Shown here in pieces: positions 9,597-19,023 of a stretch of DNA of 64,000 nucleotides. Positions within the stretch are counted from its first letter, which is position 1. Each line of letters opens with the position of its first letter. The notes under the pieces were generated by a model, which was not told the origin of the DNA, did not search any database, and saw nothing but the letters and a program-made list of their open reading frames with translations. Location of the stretch: assembly GCF_033283405.1 (NCBI RefSeq), contig NZ_JAWMQR010000007.1, positions 148,807 through 212,806 of the forward strand, given 5' to 3'. A program made the position numbers and the translations under genes. The DNA is from Halioxenophilus sp. WMMB6 (lineage in GTDB: Bacteria > Pseudomonadota > Gammaproteobacteria > Pseudomonadales > Cellvibrionaceae).

Positions 9597-9844
9597 TACG
9601 TAAAGCCTTGCAAGCAGGAGGGAGCTGGGCGGTTACTATAGCCAGAGCCTTGGCGACTGGCCAGAGAGTGTCAACATTGAGCGGCCTGCCGTGAGTTGGT
9701 TCCCTTGCCAAATCGCTCATTGGGTGATGCTAGGTGCGTAATAAACTGCCAGGGCCGAAAAAAGGGTCAACGCGGGTAGGATGGGATTTACATCGCAGTG
9801 GCCAATAACTCGTTTCCCAGCGGGGTATGCTCCGGCGCTAACCG

Positions 9845-11224
9845 CTAATCCCGTTTGGCAGTGGCTAAACGGGCTGGCAGTAGTAGCAACACCAGCGTCA
9901 AAGGCACTACAAAGAGAAAAATTCCCCACTCAAATACCTGGTTGCCGGCTTCGCTGGTGATGGTGCTGAAGCCGGCGAGCACGATGGCCGCCAGGGCGTT
10001 ACCAGAGAGCCCACCCAGGGAGCGGTAGCTGCTGAACAAGCCCATCGCCAGTGCGCGGGATTCAGCCGGTGAGGCCTGCAGGGAAGTTTTTTGGGCAATC
10101 AACTGGCTGGCGGCCATGCCGATACCAAACAGTGCCAGAGCCAAGGCCAGGGTAAAACCGTTAAGGCAAAACAGAAACAGCAACAGTGGGGTGATCACAG
10201 CAGCCAGAGCCGCCCAGCGCAGATAGCGGTCGCCGTGTTTATCGAGCAGTCGGCCCAAGGGTGGGCTGGCGAGCACCTGGGCACCGGCGACCAGGGAAAA
10301 ATAGAGCCCCATCATGCCGCTTTCAATACCGAGGGCGGCGGCACTCCAGGCGGGTAGGGTAAAGACCACTGCAAAGTGCAAAGCAATGGCGGTTAACATT
10401 AACAGGCAGCCCAGATTAAAAGGGAAGTTGGCAACGGTTCTGAATTGTTGCCGGGAGCTATGAGAGCGGCCAATGGCCAATGCCACAGCAGCGGTGGCGA
10501 TGACAAATAACATTAGATCTAGCCAATAGGGTTCGCCCTGCACAATGGCCTGTAACGCCATGGCCAGGGGTAGCACCGGCACGCCAATAAAACTGAGCGC
10601 GGTGAAGTTGGCTGGTTGTTGCTGGCCTTTAGGAATATAAAAAAATGCCAATATAAGGGCACAAATTCCCAGTGGTACATTTAATAAAAAGAGCATCGGC
10701 CAATCAAAAAACTGCAGAATCATACCACCCAGGGTAAAGCCCAGAACGGTGGTTGCGACAAGGGCGGAATTGAGTAGGGCAACGTAGCTGGTGACTTTTT
10801 CCTTGGGGGCAACCTCGGCCACCAGTGCCATGCCGTTGGCCATAATGACCCCCGAAAAAGTTGCCTGGCCCACCCGCCAAAAAAGCAGTGCCGCGTAGCT
10901 ATCAGACAGGCCGGCCAGTGCGCTGGAGAGGGTAAAACCGACCACACCCAATATAAAAACAGTCTTGCGCCCGAGGAAGTCGCCAATACCCCCGGCCAGC
11001 GGTTGGCCGACGGCGGTGGCTGCCATAAAGTACATTACCATGGCCGACAGGTGTGCGTAGGGAACGGCAAAGTGCTCCGATAAAATTGGGTAGGAGGTGA
11101 CCGCCAGCGAGCCGTTGAGCGGGTTCAACACATAGCCGATCATAATGGCCATCATTGCGAGTAGGCGAGTGGTTTTTTTATTTGTCCCGTCTGTGGCTGG
11201 TTGCCAATTATTATTTGTATTCAT
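9845..11224 (-). CDS. MFS transporter (drug:H+ antiporter-like, about 14 TM segments)
   Basis: Polytopic membrane protein with MFS signature region GxLaDrfGRK-like (GDFLGRKTVF). Start taken at MNTNNN (11224). Confidence 0.85.
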   Translation of the reverse strand: MNTNNNWQPATDGTNKKTTRLLAMMAIMIGYVLNPLNGSLAVTSYPILSEHFAVPYAHLSAMVMYFMAATAVGQPLAGGIGDFLGRKTVFILGVVGFTLSSALAGLSDSYAALLFWRVGQATFSGVIMANGMALVAEVAPKEKVTSYVALLNSALVATTVLGFTLGGMILQFFDWPMLFLLNVPLGICALILAFFYIPKGQQQPANFTALSFIGVPVLPLAMALQAIVQGEPYWLDLMLFVIATAAVALAIGRSHSSRQQFRTVANFPFNLGCLLMLTAIALHFAVVFTLPAWSAAALGIESGMMGLYFSLVAGAQVLASPPLGRLLDKHGDRYLRWAALAAVITPLLLFLFCLNGFTLALALALFGIGMAASQLIAQKTSLQASPAESRALAMGLFSSYRSLGGLSGNALAAIVLAGFSTITSEAGNQVFEWGIFLFVVPLTLVLLLLPARLATAKRD

Positions 11225-11731
11225 AGATAATGTTTCGCATACACGAATATAAAATTTTTCAAAGAGGGGCATGGTAACCTAGCTGTGGCGTTAATCAAAA
11301 GTGCTGCTGCAACCGGTGGCTGGAATTGGATGGGTGCAAGGCGCTGTGGTTAGCGCGGTGGCAATATAAGATCAGCGCGTTGTTCGGTTTGCCTATGGCT
11401 GGGTATAAGGTGAGGGGAGCCTTGCGCGGAGTAAATGGTTAATCGATATGCACAGTAAACATTGGTAAATTCGCCGGTCAGTTCTCGGCCAGACGGCAGG
11501 GAAATAAAAAGTGTGGCAGGAGAGCGTTAAAGGAGAGCATGAAAGAGAGCGCGTATAGAAGATATAAATTAAAAGTGAAGGAAAAAGCGGCAATCAATTT
11601 CTGGGGCTGAACAGTGATTGGCTGAAGGTAGTTGGGCAAATGAGGTTGGGCAAACAAGGTAGGGTAAAAGTGATGGTGGCCAGTGATGCCTGTGCGGCCG
11701 AGGCGCTGTTTGACCACAGCGCCTGGAAATT

Positions 11732-12532
11732 TTAACGCCAGAGAAAAAAGCTGGATTTTTTACCGAGAATGGTCGGGTGGAATTGTTGGTCTGCGGCGCG
11801 ACTGTTTAACCCGTAACAGACATGCAGCGGCAGCAGGTGCTCCTCGCGCGGGTGGCAGTAGCGGGCGTAGGGCGCCTTGTGCCACTCGAGCAGTCGTTGG
11901 TAGCGCTGCTCCTCGCTCAGTTGTGGAGCGCTGCAGGTCTCGATTAACCAAGCTTCAAATTGCAGGTTTTTGTTGGTCGAGCTGGCATCGGCGGCGGAGA
12001 AAAAAGCCGGCAGATTATGAAATGAGAAACCAGAGCCGATCACCAGCAAGCCCTCGTGTTGCAGCGAGCGCAACGCCCGACCAATCTGCAGGTGTTGTTC
12101 GGCACTCATTGAGTTGACCAACGACAGCTGCACGCAGGGGATATCGGCTTGTGGGTAGAGTATTGTCAGGGGCACAAACATACCGTGATCAAAGCCGCGC
12201 TGGTCATCCATCTGGGCGGCGATGCCGGACTTCCGCAGGGCCTGTAGAATCTTGCCGGCGAGCTGCGGCTCCCCGGGGCTTGGGTATTGAATATGGTAGG
12301 ACTCCTCGGGAAAACCATAGTAGTCGTAGATCAGGCCGGGCTTTGGCGAGGCGGTAATTGTCGGTAGAGTGGCCTCCCAGTGGGCGCTGATCAGCAGGAT
12401 CGCCTTGGGTTTGCTGAGCTCACCCGCGATCTGTTTGAGGGTGGTCACCATTTCGCGATGGCCGGGGTCGCCGAGCAGGGGTAATGGGCCGCCGCCGTGC
12501 GATAGGAATAGGGTTGTGGGCTGGGTAGACAT
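11732..12532 (-). CDS. class III extradiol ring-cleavage dioxygenase, 4,5-DOPA dioxygenase family (YgiD-like)
   Basis: LFLSHGGGP N-terminal motif and His ligands (ISAHWE...) characteristic of the DODA/YgiD family. Confidence 0.8.
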   Translation of the reverse strand: MSTQPTTLFLSHGGGPLPLLGDPGHREMVTTLKQIAGELSKPKAILLISAHWEATLPTITASPKPGLIYDYYGFPEESYHIQYPSPGEPQLAGKILQALRKSGIAAQMDDQRGFDHGMFVPLTILYPQADIPCVQLSLVNSMSAEQHLQIGRALRSLQHEGLLVIGSGFSFHNLPAFFSAADASSTNKNLQFEAWLIETCSAPQLSEEQRYQRLLEWHKAPYARYCHPREEHLLPLHVCYGLNSRAADQQFHPTILGKKSSFFLWR

Positions 12533-12738
12533 AGTTTAGTAACCGAGCAGAATGGAAGGTTTCCAACTTTACCTAGGGTGGGGGCGGTAAGCCATCGCAA
12601 AAATTAGAATGCGATGTTCAAACTATTTGGCGAATAGGGTTAAACACCAGAATTTTTCGCATTGCGCAATTTCGATCAGGCATAGGTTGAGCGGGGCTGG
12701 CATTCTGCCCTGGCCAGTGTGGAACGAGCGAGCAGAGT

Positions 12739-13590
12739 ATGAGTTACCAGGAGAAGATTTCTAGGGTGTGCGATTTTATTCAGCAAAACCTGGATGAGTC
12801 GTTGCCGCTCGACCGCCTGAGCCTGGTGGCCGGGTTTTCCAAGTACCATTTCGCCCGGCTGTTTGCGGCCAACACCGGCATCACAGTGAACCGCTTTATA
12901 CAATTGTGCCGACTGCGGCGGGCCTCTTTTCAACTGGCGTTTGAGCCGGAGCAGAAAATTATTGAGGTAGCGCTGGTGGCGGGGTTTGATAGTCCAGAGG
13001 CGTTTGCCCGGGCTTTTCGCCGGGTGTTTGATCAGTCGCCTTCGGAATTCCGCGCAGCGCCTAACTGGCCCCATTGGCACGCCCAATTTGAATTCTCTTT
13101 GCCGAGATCTGAAGGACAAACCATGACTGTAACCATTGTTGATTTTCCAGAAACCAAAATTGCCTATTTAACCCACCGGGGGGCGCCGGAATCTGTGCTT
13201 AACACCGTCAGCCAATTTATCGATTGGCGCAAAACCACCGGTTTATCTCCGGTCAAAACCAGTGCCACCTACGGTATTCCCAATGGCGACCCGAACACCA
13301 TGCCGGCGGAGGATTTCCGTTGGGATGTGTGCGGTACTATTGAGGCGGATGTGCCGGACAACGCGTTTGGTGTTACCACCGGTTTTATACCCGGCGGCCG
13401 CTGTGTTCGCGTACGCCATTTGGGCAGCCTGGATAATCTGGATCAGACTGTCTACCCCATCTACCGGGAGTGGCTGCCAGCTCAGGGTGAGGAGCCCGGT
13501 GATTTTCCCTGCTTTTTTCACTACCTCAATTTTGTACATGAGGTGGCAGAAGCTGAATTGATGACAGATGTCTATATTCCACTAAAGTAG
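12739..13590 (+). CDS. AraC-family transcriptional regulator with C-terminal GyrI-like effector-binding domain
   Basis: N-terminal AraC HTH (SLVAGFSKYHFARLF...VALVAGFDSPEAFARAFRRVF). C-terminal half has the GyrI-like fold signature. Confidence 0.8.
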   Translation: MSYQEKISRVCDFIQQNLDESLPLDRLSLVAGFSKYHFARLFAANTGITVNRFIQLCRLRRASFQLAFEPEQKIIEVALVAGFDSPEAFARAFRRVFDQSPSEFRAAPNWPHWHAQFEFSLPRSEGQTMTVTIVDFPETKIAYLTHRGAPESVLNTVSQFIDWRKTTGLSPVKTSATYGIPNGDPNTMPAEDFRWDVCGTIEADVPDNAFGVTTGFIPGGRCVRVRHLGSLDNLDQTVYPIYREWLPAQGEEPGDFPCFFHYLNFVHEVAEAELMTDVYIPLK

Positions 13591-13641
13591 CCAACTCACT
13601 TTTTTATTGGGTGCGAATAAATTATTTGCGCTCCCGCCAAA

Positions 13642-13674
13642 TAAAAACCGGCCGAAAATATGGCCGGTTTTTTC
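13642..13674. terminator. bidirectional rho-independent terminator (aaaaaccggcc-gaaaatat-ggccggtttttt)
   Basis: 6-bp GC stem with A-run and T-run flanks between convergent genes. Confidence 0.75.
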
Positions 13675-13694
13675 TTTCGCAAAGTGTGCCACTT

Positions 13695-14063
13695 TTAAAA
13701 AGTCAGTGTTGCCGCGCCTTGTTTAATGCGTTCAAAAATAACGCTGGCACCGTGAATTTCCACCCCTTCGATTAAACTCTCCTGATCATAACCCCGGGCG
13801 TGGGTACAGGGTGGGCAGGCCCACACCTTACCGCCGCGGGCAATAAAGCTGGTGAGTAGCTCCTGCAGTTTTTCCATGGGGTGCACGTGGGTGTGTGGAA
13901 TACCATTTTTGCGCACCAGATCAATGGCGTTGCTGGTCAGGAACAGGCCAACATTCATCTCTGCGGTTTGGGCGCCGTTGGCCAGGGTCAGGCCTACGGA
14001 AGAGACTTCGTCGTTGATGCCTTTGGTCATTACGATAATCAGATCGGTGGTTGCGTTAGTCAT
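13695..14063 (-). CDS. DsrE/DsrF-like (YchN-fold) family protein
   Basis: 122 aa. Conserved Cys in CPPC context and overall DsrE-like pattern (IIVMTKG...GGKVWACPPCTHARG). Confidence 0.7.
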   Translation of the reverse strand: MTNATTDLIIVMTKGINDEVSSVGLTLANGAQTAEMNVGLFLTSNAIDLVRKNGIPHTHVHPMEKLQELLTSFIARGGKVWACPPCTHARGYDQESLIEGVEIHGASVIFERIKQGAATLTF

Positions 14064-14213
14064 TGTCTTTCTCCTGGTAGTTATGGTTATTCAGTCTCTG
14101 TGACCGATGGGGAAAGCTTAGTGACAGCACGGTTGGCGATATAGGCCATAATCTGTACCATTCGAGTACAGATTTTGTACCTGATATTTTGTAACAGATA
14201 ACAGTGATTAATC

Positions 14214-14903
14214 ATGTTCGATTACGAAGAAGTCTGCCCGGTCTCAAAAGCGGCGAGTCTGTTGTGTGAACGCTGGACGTTGCAGGTGTTGCGCGAAATG
14301 TTTATGGGCGCAACCCGCTTCTCTGAATTTCGGCAATACCTGCCCAAGATGTCGCCCACTTTGTTGAACAGCCGTTTAAAACTGCTGGAGGAACAGGGGC
14401 TGATCATCAAAAAGCGAATACCCGAAAAGAAAAACCACGAGTATCAGCTCACCCCTATGGGTAGGGCCGTTAGACCGATTATTGCCGAGATGGGCAAGTG
14501 GGGCATACGCTACGCCTGGGAGAGTATGAACAAGCAGGCGATGAACGCCGCAGTGTTGGTGCGCGACTTTGCCGTGGCCCTACGCTTTGAGCAACTGCCC
14601 GAGGGTAACTTCTGCCTGCAATTTAATGTGCAGGAGGCGGAGGGTCTCTATCAATGCTTTGTCACCATTGCCGAGGGGCGGGCAGAGCGCTGTGAGGAAA
14701 ATATCGGCCACGATGTTGACCTCTACCTCACCGCTGATTTAGAGACCCTGGCCAGGGTCTGGTACGGCGAATTAGCACCGGCCAATGCGGTTGAGAGTGG
14801 GCTGTTAAAGGTGGTGGGCCACAGCTACCTGGCCAAAACACTCTCCCAGTGGTTGGGCGTTAGTCAGTTTGCCGACTGTAATCCTCGCCGGGCGAGTGGC
14901 TAA
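14214..14903 (+). CDS. HxlR-family winged-helix transcriptional regulator with C-terminal extension
   Basis: N-terminus CPVSKAASLLCERWTLQVLREMFMGATRFSEFRQYLPKMSPTLLNSRLKLLEEQGLI is a canonical HxlR HTH. About 120 aa extra C-terminal domain (SCP2-like?). Confidence 0.75.
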   Translation: MFDYEEVCPVSKAASLLCERWTLQVLREMFMGATRFSEFRQYLPKMSPTLLNSRLKLLEEQGLIIKKRIPEKKNHEYQLTPMGRAVRPIIAEMGKWGIRYAWESMNKQAMNAAVLVRDFAVALRFEQLPEGNFCLQFNVQEAEGLYQCFVTIAEGRAERCEENIGHDVDLYLTADLETLARVWYGELAPANAVESGLLKVVGHSYLAKTLSQWLGVSQFADCNPRRASG

Positions 14904-15053
14904 ACCGAGGCTATGCCGTTGCAGGCAAAAATGAGTGCGCTGTTGATCATTGGCAATTGCCGTAAGCGAGTTTTGAATTTAAGCTCGGTTCAGCGGAAGC
15001 AATCAGAATATTGATTCAGCCACCGACCGCTAAAAAAATAATAAGGATAAACA

Positions 15054-17150
15054 ATGCGATTACTGAAACTCCTCACCCTGGCGTTACCGGCGGCGTTGGC
15101 GGCCTGTAACCACACCAGCCCACCCCCCACCAGCGACCACGACTGGCCCAATTTTGGCGGTGATGGCCGCGAGCAGCACTACACCGATCTCGATCAGGTC
15201 ACTATGGCCACTATCGACCAGTTGAGCCTCGCCTGGTACTACGATCTGGAGCCGGGTTTCTCGGTGTCGGCGCCGGTAAAGGGTGGCGACAAACTGTTTA
15301 CCACCACCGGTCATAACCATATCCGTGCCTTCAATGCCGCCACCGGCGAACTGCTCTGGGAGTATGATCCCGGCGTGCGCGACCTGGCCCAGAGCCCACT
15401 GCACATGAGTTGGGGTAACAAGGGGATCGCCTGGTGGAACGAGCGGGTGTTTATGGCCACCACCGATGGCCGGGTAATTGCCCTGGATGACACTACCGGC
15501 GAACCTGTTTGGCAGCAGCGGCAGTTTGAGCTCACCGAGCTGCGCAACAGCAATGGCGCCCCCCGGGTTTTTGACGGCAAGGTGATTGTCGGTCACGGCG
15601 GTGCCGATATCAGCCCTATCCGCGGTTATGTCACCGCCTACGATGCTATGACTGGCGAACAGTTGTGGCGCTTCTACACCGTGCCGGGTGACCCATCACA
15701 GCCGCCGGCCAATAAAGCCGAGGCGGTAATGCAGCCCACCTGGCAGGGCGACTGGTATGGCAAGGGCGGGGGCGGCACCGCGTGGAACAGTTTCAGTTAC
15801 GATGCCGAGCTCAACCTCATCTACCTGGGGGTAGGCAACGGCTTCCCCTACAACCACCTGTTGCGCAGCCCCGGTGGTGGCGACAACCTCTTCCTGGCCT
15901 CCATTGTTGCGGTCAACGCCGATACCGGCGAGTACGTCTGGCACTACCAGGTGTGCCCGGCGGAGCAGTGGGACTGCACGGCCACCATGGACATGACCAT
16001 CGCCAATGTGGAGTTAGCGGGTAAGCCGCGTAAGGTGATTATGCAGGCCCCTAAAAACGGCTTCTTCTATGTGCTGGATGCCGCCACCGGGGAATTTATC
16101 TCGGCCGAGAAGTTTGCCAAGGTGACCTGGGCCGAGAAGATCGATCCCGCCACCGGCCGGCCGGTGGAGAACCCCGGCATCCGCTACCAAAACAGCGGGG
16201 CAATGTTTGAGCTTTGGCCCGGGGTGCAGGGGGCGCACAGTTGGCTGCCCCAGGCCTACAGCCAGGAGACCGGCCTGGTCTATCTGCCGGTGATGGAGGT
16301 GGGCACCTTAATTGGCCCACTGCCACCGGGCATGGGCGGCTTCAGTGCCAACATGGGCGCCCTGGTGCTGCCCGATGCCGATCTGCCCGGTAGCCGCAAA
16401 AGCTTTCTAAAAGCCTGGGATCCAGTTGCACAAAAGGCGGTGTGGAGCTTGGAGCTGCCCGGCGACTGGCCGGGTGGGGTTTTGGCCACCGCTGGCGGCC
16501 TGGTGTTTCAGGGGCGGATGGATGGCTACCTGAAGGCCTATAACGCCAGCACCGGTGACGAGGTGTGGTCCTACAAAACGGTGGCGCCTATCGTTGCCCC
16601 GCCCATCGCCTACAGCGTGGCCGGCCAGGAGTATATCTCGGTGTTAACCGGTAGCGGCTCCCAGGGGGGCGGCATTCTGGCCACCGGCAATGCCGCTTAC
16701 CGTACCGACTATGCCCTGCCGCGGCGGGTGCTCACCTTTGCCCTGGATGGCACTGCCCAGGTGCCAAGTTTTGCCATGCCCGAGCGGGTGGCGGCGATTG
16801 ATCCCGACTTTGTGCCCAACAAGGAGCAGGTGATGGCCGGTGCCATGGCCTTCGCCACCAACGCCTGTATCGTCTGTCACGGTATGAATGCCATCGGCGG
16901 CGGTGCCGCCCCGGACCTGCGCTTCTCGGCCATGATTCTGGATGAGAGTGCTTTTAAAGCGGTGGTGCACGATGGGGTGCTCAAGGCGCGGGGTATGCCG
17001 CCGGCGCCGCAGCTCAACGACCAGCAAGTTGAGGCAATTCGCCACTATTTGCGCATGCGGGCGCTACAGGCGCCGGCGGAATTAGAGGCGCTCAAGGCCG
17101 GTGGCGCGCTGCCGGTGAGTGATGCCCAGCCGGTTAGTACTGGAACCTAA
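15054..17150 (+). CDS. PQQ-dependent quinohemoprotein alcohol dehydrogenase (type II ADH, C-terminal cytochrome c domain), lipoprotein signal
   Basis: Eight-bladed PQQ propeller W-motifs. C-terminal CIVCHG heme-binding CxxCH. N-terminal LAAC lipobox. Confidence 0.85.
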   Translation: MRLLKLLTLALPAALAACNHTSPPPTSDHDWPNFGGDGREQHYTDLDQVTMATIDQLSLAWYYDLEPGFSVSAPVKGGDKLFTTTGHNHIRAFNAATGELLWEYDPGVRDLAQSPLHMSWGNKGIAWWNERVFMATTDGRVIALDDTTGEPVWQQRQFELTELRNSNGAPRVFDGKVIVGHGGADISPIRGYVTAYDAMTGEQLWRFYTVPGDPSQPPANKAEAVMQPTWQGDWYGKGGGGTAWNSFSYDAELNLIYLGVGNGFPYNHLLRSPGGGDNLFLASIVAVNADTGEYVWHYQVCPAEQWDCTATMDMTIANVELAGKPRKVIMQAPKNGFFYVLDAATGEFISAEKFAKVTWAEKIDPATGRPVENPGIRYQNSGAMFELWPGVQGAHSWLPQAYSQETGLVYLPVMEVGTLIGPLPPGMGGFSANMGALVLPDADLPGSRKSFLKAWDPVAQKAVWSLELPGDWPGGVLATAGGLVFQGRMDGYLKAYNASTGDEVWSYKTVAPIVAPPIAYSVAGQEYISVLTGSGSQGGGILATGNAAYRTDYALPRRVLTFALDGTAQVPSFAMPERVAAIDPDFVPNKEQVMAGAMAFATNACIVCHGMNAIGGGAAPDLRFSAMILDESAFKAVVHDGVLKARGMPPAPQLNDQQVEAIRHYLRMRALQAPAELEALKAGGALPVSDAQPVSTGT

Positions 17151-17165
17151 GCCGGCGCCGGTGGG

Positions 17166-18890
17166 CTAGTCGCTAATCACCAGGTTGCGGCCAGCGCGCT
17201 TAGCGCTGTAGAGGTTGTCGTCGGCACGGCGCATCAGAATCTCCAGGGTGCCATCGGCCGGGCTCTTCTCGGCAATGCCGACACTCACGCTGACTTGAAT
17301 CTCACGCTCATCAAGGGCGATGCGGGTGGCGTGAATGGCCTGGCGGCAGCGCTCGGCAATGGCCAGCGCCTGCTCCTTATTGGTGTTGGGCAGCAGCAGG
17401 ATAAACTCATCGCCGCCCCAGCGGACAATCACATCACTGGGTCGGCAGTGGCTTTTAATAATCTGCGATACCCGCTTGATCACCCGGTCACCCACCACGT
17501 GACCATGCTCGTCATTGATCCCCTTGAAACGGTCGATATCCAGTGCGGTGACACTCATGGGGGCGGCTTCGGCTTGCGCCCGTTGCCACAGCTGCGGGGC
17601 AATTTCATCAAAGGCGCGGCGGTTGAACAGTGAACTCAACGGGTCGATTTGCGCTTGGTACTTGGCCAGGTTGCGCTCGGTCTCTATCTGGTTGAGACGG
17701 TCGGCCAGCGCCAGGGAGAGCAACAGCGCCTCTCCCAACAGGCCCAACTCCACCGCCAGATAGGCGTAGTGGTAGAAGGGGATCAGCCCCCAGACGGTGA
17801 CGCAGGTGATGCCGGCTCCGCTGACGCCAAGCAGGGTGGCGGCAAAAAAGTAGTTGGCCGAGGGCAGCTGTTTTTTCAGGGCGTAGAGGCCGAGCAGTGC
17901 CACCGCCAGGCTGAATTGCAGCACACTGGCAAAGGCCAGGGTGATCAGCGCGGCGTGGCTGGCGGCCAGCAGTGCCACCAGGGTGGCCACTACAATCAGT
18001 GCCTGGTAACCCAGAATCAGACGCTGCAACGCTGGTGCGTTCTTCTTAAGCTCTAGGAAACTGCAAGCGAAGCATAGCCCTGACAGCGAGAAGAGAATCA
18101 TGAAGGTCGGGTTGCTCCACTGTTGCCAGATGGGGTTCTCCGGCCAGAGGCTGGCGAAGCCGTGGCCGGTGTAGGCGTAGTTCATGGCGATAAACGACGC
18201 TAGATAGAGGGCATAGATCAGCCCGGAGCGGTTGCGCAGTTTTAACCCCAGGAAGAGGTTGTAGATCAGCAGTGCCAGCACCGCGCCATAGAGCAGGCCG
18301 TAGTGGTAGCTCTCGGCTACCGCCCGGTCGGTGGCGATGGCGGGACTCTCAAAGTAGATGGGTGCCACCGCCGGGTCGAGGGAGTTGATGCGCAGCAGCA
18401 GATAGCTGCGTCCGGGGGGTAACTCCAGGTTTGCGGCAAAATAGCGGCTCTTAACCGGCCGCTTGGCAAAGGGGCGGGCGTCACCCATCGGGTAGCTGGC
18501 CAGGGTGGTGGACTGGTTGAGCAGATAGAGGTCGACCTGTTCCAGCCACGAGGACTCAACCCGTACCTGGCGGACTATGGCCTCAGTGCTGGCATTGTCG
18601 ACGCGGGTGACCAGCCAGATATCCTGCCGGTTGGAGAGACCAAAGCTGGGTACATCTGTTTGTGATACCGGTAGTTCGCCGGCCAGATAGCGATTTAATA
18701 GGGTTTGCGGGGTAAGTGATTGGTCACTCTTCAGAATGGAAAAGTGGCGCCCAACCGGGTTGGGGTAGCTTTGCTCAGCCAGCAGGCCATCGGCGAGTGG
18801 GTGTGCAGAGACCGGGCGGATAAAAATTGCGCAAAGCAGAACCGGCAGCAACCAGGCCACGGCTGGCAGCTGAAGAAAAGGACGTACCAT
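17166..18890 (-). CDS. 7TMR-DISM (extracellular plus 7TM) sensor diguanylate cyclase (GGDEF)
   Basis: N-terminal signal, periplasmic domain and 7 TM segments. C-terminal GGDEF domain with the intact RWGGDEF active-site motif. Confidence 0.8.
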   Translation of the reverse strand: MVRPFLQLPAVAWLLPVLLCAIFIRPVSAHPLADGLLAEQSYPNPVGRHFSILKSDQSLTPQTLLNRYLAGELPVSQTDVPSFGLSNRQDIWLVTRVDNASTEAIVRQVRVESSWLEQVDLYLLNQSTTLASYPMGDARPFAKRPVKSRYFAANLELPPGRSYLLLRINSLDPAVAPIYFESPAIATDRAVAESYHYGLLYGAVLALLIYNLFLGLKLRNRSGLIYALYLASFIAMNYAYTGHGFASLWPENPIWQQWSNPTFMILFSLSGLCFACSFLELKKNAPALQRLILGYQALIVVATLVALLAASHAALITLAFASVLQFSLAVALLGLYALKKQLPSANYFFAATLLGVSGAGITCVTVWGLIPFYHYAYLAVELGLLGEALLLSLALADRLNQIETERNLAKYQAQIDPLSSLFNRRAFDEIAPQLWQRAQAEAAPMSVTALDIDRFKGINDEHGHVVGDRVIKRVSQIIKSHCRPSDVIVRWGGDEFILLLPNTNKEQALAIAERCRQAIHATRIALDEREIQVSVSVGIAEKSPADGTLEILMRRADDNLYSAKRAGRNLVISD

Positions 18891-19023
18891 GAATAGAAAC
18901 AGAAGGAGAATCTGGCGTAAATTTGATCATGGCAGTATAGAGGTAATCGGCGCCAGGTGCTACCAATAATGGCGCATAATTCAACATTATTATAGTTGAG
19001 CCAGGCGCCATGCGGGCGCGAAT

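Noticed and set aside
11702-11730. Hairpin ggcgctgt-ttgacc-acagcgcc followed by tggaaatttt as a terminator.
   Set aside because: There is no plus-strand gene upstream, and on the minus strand it is not followed by a U-run. It may be a weak or bidirectional element.
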